A stretch of DNA of 62,874 nt, filler included, from Choristocarpus tenellus KU-1152 (taxonomy: Eukaryota; Protista; Phaeophyceae), in NCBI GenBank assembly GCA_964200185.2. It is 11 parts of 11 records of this genome, joined end to end, with 100 filler letters (N's around TTAATTAATTAA, not from the genome) between each part and the next. Parts side by side here need not be neighbours in the genome. Positions count along the whole stretch, not along the records: positions 48,853 to 51,906 come from CAXNAD020022647.1; positions 52,007 to 55,511 come from CAXNAD020019573.1; positions 55,612 to 62,874 come from CAXNAD020006440.1; 8 more parts are not named here. One strand, written 5' to 3'. A program made the translations under genes and the position numbers. Shown here one piece after another: positions 48,919-62,874 of the stretch. Within the stretch, counting starts at the first letter, position 1; each line of letters begins with the position of its first letter. Below the pieces are notes generated by a model. It made no database searches. It worked only from the letters and a program-made list of their open reading frames with translations, and was not told the origin of the DNA.

Positions 48919-49935
48919 ACCCTTAAGTTTGATCATCTCTGCCAGAACTTTAACTCCCATGAGACAATGGACAATGCTGCACCTCTGCTAAGGGCCACCA
49001 AGGGCGCTGATGGTGAGATACTTATGCCCATGCCCATGCCGTCCTCTCCTATTTGTTCCACCTATAATGCCCATCAGATGTGTGGTTGTACGTGTTGAAC
49101 ATGTTGCAAGTCATGGCCTTCTTCTGTTTGAATCATGGATTGCAAGTGTTGCTTGTCCTAAAGGTGTGATCGAAGCAGGGGATAGCTCATTGCAGGGAAA
49201 TGTCTATATCTGAGTGTGTGTCACCCTTTCGTGCTTGCTTGCTTCTAAACTACTCCGTGCTAAGTTAGCATTCGTACTCTAGGTATCCATATATAATGGC
49301 ATTTTACCTAGAAGGTGATAGTGTGTGCGAAGCAAGTGATTCTTTCTCCCTTCAACTCATCACACACATGCCAACCCACGATCTCGATTGCTTTGAAATG
49401 AGCATTGAATCAACAAAATTGATAAGATTGTTACATAGTACATTGTTTGAACTGAGCATTGGCTCAATGAGGTTGAGAATAAAACATTGAAATTCGTAGG
49501 AATAAAGCAATGTGCTATATATCATTGTCCTAACTGGTGCTTAACCTGGCACCATCATTTGCTGTTATGTGTTCAGGCGTTGTCACGGGCGTGAGCCTTA
49601 CTACCAGTGGAACCTCTGGTTACATCCCTTTCACCGTCCCAACTGGCACAACTGTGAGTGCCGTCTAGATCTCGGGCATTTTGTGTGATAGTGTGGTGTA
49701 CTTTGAAACTCCTCCAAATTAGTAAATTACTCACCATACCCTTGCTTATCCCTTAAAAGTAGTGATACTAACCCATGCCCCTCGCTTGTGCTATCTTTGT
49801 GCACAGGTGGACATGTCAGGGATAGCTCTTGGCGACACCAAGACATACGGCTCTGACACCACGTACTACTTTTCGACTTCATCGAGTGATATCGAAACAC
49901 TTCGCGAGGGGCCATCACCACCCGCAACCTCATGA
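48919..49935 (+). CDS. Last three exons of a gene whose C-terminus resembles fungal Agd3-type (galactosaminogalactan deacetylase family) extracellular proteins
   Basis: Exons 48919-49012, 49577-49653 and 49807-49935 (GT-AG, phases 1 and 0, TGA) give TLKFDHLCQNFNSHETMDNAAPLLRATKGADGVVTGVSLTTSGTSGYIPFTVPTGTTVDMSGIALGDTKTYGSDTTYYFSTSSSDIETLREGPSPPATS*. The exon structure is well supported; the family assignment is from remembered motifs. Confidence 0.6.
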
Positions 49936-51174
49936 TATTTTCCCTCTCACTTTGTTCTAGTGCTGTTGTTGGTAATGTGATGTAGGTGTTTTCACTAGAA
50001 TTTTTATTTTGCTGTTCCTGTACTTGTTTGACTACTTATTAATTGTGATGCTATATTTGGAGTGTTGTATTATTGTGTAGCATATGCCCATAGACATTCA
50101 ATAGATACTGTTGTGAAGGGAACAACTAGCATAAAAATAATGCTACACAAACAAGAGAAAAATATGCACATCATTTACATCAAAGACCTACATGATATCC
50201 CTCCTCATGCCTCGACTCTCAGTGCAAATATTAATACTATATTGTAGCGTTTGTATTACTTTATAGCATATGCCCGTCGACATTCAGCAGTTCTATCTTG
50301 AGGGGAAGAACTAGCGATAAAACTACACCATGATAGCAATGTATCTACATTTACACAGGATGACACAGATCACTTCTAGGCCGTAACTACAACTGCACGA
50401 ATCCAAGACCATTTTCTAGTCGTTTTAGCATTCAAACAGAGGTCGAAGAGTCCAAACTTGTGATAGTGGCGGGAACATCGCCAGTGCTGTCCGAGGAACA
50501 CCTCTGCAGTCAGACCAAGCTTTTACGCTCTATAGGGCTCAATTTCTTCATACAATTGTAGTACAAGCATATGTATCCGGACTCTTGGTAAAAAGATGTA
50601 CTGACCCAGCGTGTGAATGTGTGCGCTCGACCAGAGGATATTTTCTCACAAGACGATTCAGATAGATTAGGGTGGTCACCACCAGACTCCCGCTCAAATG
50701 TAGCAGGTCTTATTGACCTTTAAACGATCACAACCTGTCAACCACAGCCTTATCGCAGTGCCGAATATAAAGGCCTTCCTCGCTGGACCCTCCCAAAACT
50801 AGCTGTGTCTATACAAAGCCTGCCAAACACAAGACAGTTTTTAAATGATGGCTACTAACATGGTGGTAATCGTATCCCTGATGAAACGAAGGCTCTGTCT
50901 GACTTTCTGTGAATGGTTGCAACCCATCAACCATAGCCTTCTTGCAGTGACAAAGGTGCCAATGTTGCTGCTGGTGCCGATATATAGATGGGAGAGGGAT
51001 GTTTTTGGAAAGGGTCGCATTTCTTCCAATGTCCAATAGGTGCAAGCAACTCTCAAGGGAAACTCATTAAGTGCCTAAACTACAATCCTAGCTAGGTGTG
51101 CGTTTCAGGATATAATTCATGTATGGGTTGATTGCACTGGAAATTGTTGAAGGGATTGGACAACCTCCTGTACA

Positions 51175-51362
51175 AAGTCAAAGTAAACGAGAGGTACCCA
51201 TATTTTGACCGTTTTGCATTTCAAGTCGGTTATTGTGATCGAAACTTCTCTGCCACAATTCGGAAATATCCTATACACATTTTGAAAAACATACCGAATT
51301 TTGCACATATTTATCAGTATCCTGAAAATGCAACTCTGGGTACCTCTCTTTTACTTTGAATC
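51175..51362. mobile_element. MITE family B-type short copy
   Basis: AAGTCAAAGTAAACGAGAGGTACCCA ... TGGGTACCTCTCTTTTACTTTGAATC inverted termini; no clear TSD. Confidence 0.75.
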
Positions 51363-52599
51363 ACTACTATGTATCAGGTGGAACATGTATTTTATATTAT
51401 TACACGAATGATTGAGGGATGGAATATCACCTCTACCTCACCCTAACCCCAAAAATCAAAATGTAGTGAGCAAAAGGGGGGTATATACCCTCTGCTTTAG
51501 GTTCAAAGGGGGTACGAAGTGGGTATAAAGAAGAAATTGATAAATTTGTTCTTATCTGAGTGGAAGGACCACACAACGCGTACATGTGTGTGATATTGAG
51601 AGACACAAAAAATCATACAACTGGTGCTGTGACATGGAAAATTGTACAACCATTAGTCACTGAGGTGAGGGGATACAAGATGGGCGAGGAGGAAAACGAC
51701 TCATCGCTATCTTCTGTAGAAGGACCGAGCGATATGGGAAATCACACAATCGCCTGACAGCCAATGAGATGTCTGGTCGTAAATAGTGTCCCACAGTTTT
51801 AGGTACCCTACGAACCCTAAAAAGAGAGAAATTCGATATTTACTTCCATGTGGTACAACACGTTCAAGTTTTTTTTTTTTGGGGGGGGGGGATTGGTTGC
51901 TGTGTANNNNNNNNNNNNNNNNNNNNNNNNNNNNNNNNNNNNNNNNNNNNTTAATTAATTAANNNNNNNNNNNNNNNNNNNNNNNNNNNNNNNNNNNNNN
52001 NNNNNNCCCCCTCCAGCCTTGCCCCCCTTGCAACCTCTCCCCCCCCCCCCCCCCCCCTCCGACCTGAAGTCCAGTCTAAAAAAGGCTAAGATTGTATAGA
52101 ATATTTGCTATTTCACTGTAAGCTATGTTGTCATACCAAGAATAGCCGGTGGGAGAGGGGGTTTGCAAGTGAGGTCACTCTTTATCTTGAGATACCAAAT
52201 TGAAATTTCAAAGTCCAACTTCAGTCTGAGTTGTGACCGATCAAGCAATTACTCCATAGTGTCAGTAGTACCCTTGCTCTCAACTGCACACACTTTAATG
52301 ATCAATTTTGTAAAATAGTGAAGGCGTAATAGGTAGAGACCCTGTCCGTTCCGTTTCTGTCACACCATGAACAAAGTATACTCAACCTACGTATTCAAAC
52401 GGCATGGCCCACAATAAGCAGTAACAACTGAAGCTCTGAAACGGAGTCAGATTTTTCTCAAATCAAGAGTCCAGCGAATAATCTTCAACAATACAAAAAA
52501 AAAAGGTCAAGCCTCACACTACCGCAGTGAAGTTGTTGAAAAAGCTATGAGGGTTAGGGGTTAGGGGGTAACTCCACTTCACTCCTGTCCACTCTCTAC

Positions 52600-53826
52600 C
52601 TTGGATCCCCCTTGCTCCATGACAAAGCCCGCATCCATGTGCACAGTGACAAATGTCACCTGCAGGGGGTGGGGTGGGGTGGGGTGGGGGGGGAGCAGAT
52701 AAGGGAGAGTTCACACATGAGAAGGCTGATACTATTGTGACGGCATGCATGAGATCTGCAATCATACCGCTACATCTCTTATTATTTGACAACCCTTGGT
52801 TCCAAATAGTTGAAACTGCAATGCTTCATTTCTGAAAGATAGAGAAGGTATTAATTCATTAATGTTTCCAATTGGTGAAAAAGGCAACACACCTCTTTCC
52901 AAACAAAACACCTTAAGATTACAATATTGGCCAGGGGGGGGGGGGCAGCGTGGAGTGCATGACAGGAAGTTGCATGTATGCAATGACATGGTAGTGCTGC
53001 CCAAGAGGCAGCATGGGTTTGTTTTCCAGTCAAGGACAATCTTTTCAACACTAGTTTGGCATAGGGCAGCCTCAGTACCGAGCTCCAGCACCATGTTTCA
53101 GTTCTGCTTACATTGTACTCCTGAACTTCTCTCCCACATAATCGAAGCTTACCCTCCCTCCCCCCCCCCCCCCCCCTCCCATGCCATTTTGCGTCCTTGG
53201 CCCCTCTCCCTCCCCCTCCCCTTCCAATGCCATTTGGCGTACTTGGCACCTATCCCAGAATGAAAGCAACTAGACAAAAGGACCAATCAAACTCACACAA
53301 ATCAAACAAAATCGACCACAATCATGAATAGAAACGGCTTATAATACTACACACCCTAGCTAATCAACCCCCCACCCCTCATCCCAATGGGCACATATCC
53401 CCATACAAGTGAACATAGTACTATGTGTCAACAACCTACCAGCCACAATACTCAACTGTCACACATACCGGTCCAACATAAGCCCCTCAAGTGATACCAA
53501 GACTGAGGGGGGTACATAGGGTCCAAGTGTGAAAAGAAATGCAATACACACTATTCGCCCAACAAAACATACGAGCTCTTTGATTGGTCTAAATGTTCCT
53601 CCTCGTACTTCATCTCCTCCCCCACGATTACTAACAGACACGACCACTCCCCCCTCCCCCTCAAAAATCTCTGCCTCACCTGGCTACCCAAGGGGGTATA
53701 CTTGACTCCTGCCTCCAGCACCCTCCCTTTATCAAGGATCTCTTCCCTCAAGGGCGACAAGGGATCCGGTCTCTGGTACAGCTGCACCCCAGACTCCCTG
53801 GTAATTTTGTAAAAATACTGTCCCAC
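52600..53826 (-). CDS. Two internal exons of an uncharacterised protein with an SH3b-like beta-repeat pattern
   Basis: Exons 53826-53680 (gaag| ... CAG|gtgagg) and 52659-52600 (ccctgcag| ... AAG|gtagag), both phase 0: VGQYFYKITRESGVQLYQRPDPLSPLREEILDKGRVLEAGVKYTPLGSQVTFVTVHMDAGFVMEQGGSK. Confidence 0.5.
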
Positions 53827-55444
53827 CTTCACCCATCAGGAATAAAAAGCAACAGGTAAAAATCGGTGAGGGGGGGGGGGATGGGGGGGAATAAAATATA
53901 TCACATGCAAGAAATCACGGAGAGGCTAGGAATGCAGTGAATGCCATTTACAGTTACGGGCACCTTTTCAGCGCTTCCGATTTATAAACCGCTACATAAG
54001 GAGACTCATAGACCTTGCCGATTTATTAAGCTTCCACCCATGTCACAGGCAGCACTCGCCATCATCCCTATCACTAAAAAAACGCCTTCAAGTGGATAAG
54101 AAACGCTACGTTTAAGCATCTACGTTTCTATCATTTCATTTTAGCTACCATTTTAACCACAACCCACCAAATCATCAGTATTCACAACCTCCCGAGTGAG
54201 CACGTCGATTGCAGCAATAATAATAATAATAATAATAATATACAGCGACAAGGTCGTTTATGGGGGCAGGATGTGGGTTTACACAGCGGAAGATGACAAT
54301 GTGACAACATGCTCTCAAGGATCAATCTCACTCCACGTGATCTCCGAACAAGACAACACAAACGCCTCAAAACAAAATATAACAACCACACTCCTCTGCA
54401 CAATCAACAGTACAATACTGCACACCCCGGACAGGATCATCTTCCACGCAAACATTGCCCGAAAATTCTCAAGTCAATTCTGGGCTATACCTTCTGTTGT
54501 CACTACAACGACCGAGGCCATGCGCTCCACAACGCCTCCTACCCAAGGCCAACACTCGGATTCCACCTATCACATCTGTTACCCAGGACAACCAGAGTGC
54601 TTGAGGCTATCTACTCTGTAAAGTCCATTGCGGGGAAAACATGAAGGGCTATTCCCTCCAGAGAATACACTGTCCAGGGCAACCCAAGGTGCCACCTTCT
54701 TCACAACACAGGTGACATCAACTGCATGCAGCATGGGGATGCTCTGGGTCGCCCCTTGAACCGTTACACATCATTACGCCACCTGGTACAATTGAACTCC
54801 CTCTGTGAACGCCGAAGCTCACAAACGCAATTACAAATGTTCTTTGCCATGTAAGAGCCACAACCGGAGAGGCAGCTTTCTTGAACTTTCTCTTCAACTT
54901 TCATTGTGCTTAACTGAGTGAAGGACCAATGGCGACCCGAGCACGAATTGATCAACCTCAGAATGGGTACGGTGGCATTTCTCAACATCCATGCAAACTC
55001 TTTGGCCTGACCCTGAAAAAGAGGAAACAATTTATTGCACGCCTAACACCATTCAGAACACGTTCTTAAGTGAGTAGACAAAATGATCTGTCCCAGACCC
55101 AATCCGACCAGGCACTCCGAAACACTACCATCTTAGCAAGCGCAACAGATTGTTGAGGTCGCTAACAAACCTTCAGAAGCATGATCTTAGAAGCACCGTT
55201 AGTAACAGTGACAATCTGTACGCTCTCTAAAAAAAAGTTGCCTTGAGTAATGGAGAGATGAAGTCGTATTGTAGATAGAAGAGTCAATACATTGAAGCAA
55301 GTCGTGTTCGCCTATCAGGTTGTATCAGCTACCCTATGGAAGGCATCTTTGTTTCAACCCGCACTATGTTTGTTCTTGAGAGATTGCTGACATTGACATG
55401 TCCAAAAGGGTCTACTCTTCGCAAGAAACCCGATAGTGACCCCC

Positions 55445-55487
<43 letters not shown>

Positions 55488-57284
55488 CACCCCCACAAGC
55501 TCCGCACCTCCNNNNNNNNNNNNNNNNNNNNNNNNNNNNNNNNNNNNNNNNNNNNTTAATTAATTAANNNNNNNNNNNNNNNNNNNNNNNNNNNNNNNNN
55601 NNNNNNNNNNNCATCCTCAATGAAAAGCTCCATCCTCAATTTTTGAAATCGGCTGTTTAAGGAAGAAAAAAAAAGCAGTTGGATCTACTGGAATAAAGGC
55701 ACGATATTGCATTGATGTGTTACGCAATACTAAAAAGGAAGAAATTAAGAAAAATTCGACATGGTGGCGAAAAGGATTTCTCCCACACACCGCCAAAATC
55801 AGTTAACCACCTCCAGCATCGAGGACCACATCAAGTCTAAGGAAGTGCATACATCCGCTCATAGATATACCTAACGAAAATATCAGATCAATTACTGTTG
55901 TACAGCCGCCAACACAGTAATATCACCCTCCAATCCCAACGAGGGTATTCCAAGAATCAGAACCTACATCCTCCCCAAAGCTCCGCAGGTAGTGTCATGT
56001 GCACATGTGTTTGGTGACTGTGGGCACTTTCGCGTGGCGAGGGGCAGCTGCTTTGGTCCCCAAAAATCTAACAAATCTCCATGAAGTGTTCGACTCACTC
56101 CTAGATACATGAATACATACTATCTTTTTGGATTTTGCAAAAATAAACTCCACTTTTCAGATGGGATCCTTAAAACAGCATCCAAGGTGATCTTGAGGTA
56201 TCTCTCCATCGAGTTTTCTTTGGTTCTCCCATGTTACCACTACTTTCTTCAAGCATTGAATGGGCTTCCGGGAAGGGAGACAAATGTATGCATCACCCCT
56301 AGCCACACAGGGAACCGTCAGCGAGATACGGGTGGGAGACATCGGGGCTTGCAACTATACTCAAATCGAGCCTGATGTTTACGGCGTTTGTCCCGGTATG
56401 AATTATCCTCGCTTGCTCAAGAACTCGATGTCTAGGGAAATTGTAGTTAATATATCAGTAGTAGTCTATTGTGAGTGTCCATGTAATAGTCATATAGCAG
56501 GACTGAAGATACCTCACACACCTGAGTAGCAGAATTTCAGCTGAAGTGTTACACCATCATGGTTGGTCCTATAGTTTATTTACTGTATTCTAATGAATTG
56601 TTCCCATGCCCTTTAGTCTGGTTATGGATGAGGGATATGCACAGATGAAGGAATAGCCCTAAGAAAACCCTTCTCATCTTGGTCCTCTTTTTGTTGACGG
56701 TTCTCGGAGTATATATTCTGAAGACCCAATCGACGATGTGACGGACGATTTCGAAAGGAACTCTGTAGGGCACACAGAGTTTGATCCTCCAGTGACTCAA
56801 CAGGTTGTGAGTGGTAGAGTGTAGTATGATATTGGGGTTGGGATTCGTGTGAATATCGAGATGGAACGCACGGTCAACCTTCTATTACTCAACGTCAAAT
56901 GTATCTTTTGTAAGAAATAGTTGTATTATAAATTATTACCTTGTGATTCTTCTCATTGTTGTGAAGATGTTTCGTTTCAGAAACGTTTCCTATTTCAACC
57001 AACAGGAGAGACAGAAAAGATACTCTAGTTGAACTTTGAAATGAAGAGAAAGGATAATCTAGTAAATGACAACGAATCAGAGAAAACGACAAACAAAAAC
57101 AAAGAATATTACAAAGACCAGATTTGTACTTGGATGACAGATTAAATAAAAACAATAAACAAATTGAGAGATATGTGGGGTACAGCGCTGCCAAGTGGTT
57201 CACTCTCCAGCAACTCAATCAGTCCAATCTTTTTCAACTAGTCTACCAGCACAACCACATTCGTGCTTGCCCAGTCACAACATC

Positions 57285-62016
<4,732 letters not shown>

Positions 62017-62874
62017 AACAATAGTCAGGTTGCATAGATTGGCAATGCTTACTTGCCATACGTTTTTTTCAAGTTTGTATGTTGAGCTGTGTTCTCACAG
62101 GGAGCACTCTTCTCAAGCCTGCGATGTTTTGCTGCTTAGAACAAATTTTGATTGCAAATTCACCATTTTTGGGACTGATTGCCATGGCAAAGGTAATTGC
62201 AGCTAGAGTTTGCAGGAGGTCCCTTGCACGTGCACTATCCTTATCATTCCCGTTGAAGTGTATAATTTCCCCTTTGTAGCAATTAACTTGTAACACACTT
62301 TTCTTGAATAGTGCCACCTTCTGTCTTTACTTCTTTTTAGTATATAGAAAAGTGTTTTGTGTCCAGTTTAGATCATTTTTTGACACTTTATGGGAATGCT
62401 TTTGTGATGGTTGCATTGGAACGTTAGAGATATCAGTTTCTCTAGTTGATTTCTTCCGACAGGTGAAGCATCAACGATACTCACGAATAGTAAGTCAACA
62501 GTAATATCACGAAAGGTGTTGAAAATCTGGCCACAAGTATGATCAACGGCCAAACACATGAGACCTTGTTTGGTCACCTATCATTTGAAGTCAACATTTA
62601 AAAAGAAAAATCGTCAGAGCACATATGAATAAAAAGAGCAACAATGCATGTGTAGGCGTTTGGTATTTTTGTCACTTCAAGAACGGTTTCAAGCATAGCC
62701 CGCATAGCAAGTAATAATTTCACATTCACTACGGCAGATAAAGGTTTTCGTCCTCCAGTCACCCCAATCTCAACTTCAACCCCCATCGTACTTGAACGTT
62801 TAACTCTTAACTTTCTGTTGCTAGTGGATATCATTACCCCTTGGAGATGAAGCACCCACGTCCATGTGCGTTAC

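Noticed and set aside
56100-56900. Possible minus-strand gene divergent from enolase
   Set aside because: Candidate exons could not be joined into a stop-free frame with a credible start or motif.

Overview
This is eukaryotic, intron-rich genomic DNA, not prokaryotic. It is probably from an ochrophyte stramenopile such as a brown alga or relative, inferred from a bipartite signal+transit plastid presequence with Phe at +1 and from the gene structure. The window is 11 separate contigs joined by an artificial 100-nt spacer (N44-TTAATTAATTAA-N44), so adjacency across spacers is not evidence of linkage. Most ORF-track entries are noise, and the real genes appear only after manual splicing. Complete genes: a 12-exon enolase with a plastid-type presequence (57285-62016) and a 3-exon A20/AN1 zinc-finger gene (10836-12335). 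Partial genes: a bacterial-type TrmB tRNA m7G methyltransferase, a catalytically altered calpain-like protein, a TEDC1-like centriolar protein, the 3' end of an Agd3-like protein, and an SH3-like-repeat protein. Mobile DNA: an intron-containing Sola-like DDD transposase with open exons, three MITE families sharing a GxxYCAAAGTA terminus and (where checkable) 4-bp TSDs, a full-length decayed plant-type mariner with TIRs and TA TSD, a copia fragment, and a degenerate tRNA-Gly(CCC) upstream of a decayed intronless ORF. All protein family calls come from motif recognition by eye; no database search was run.
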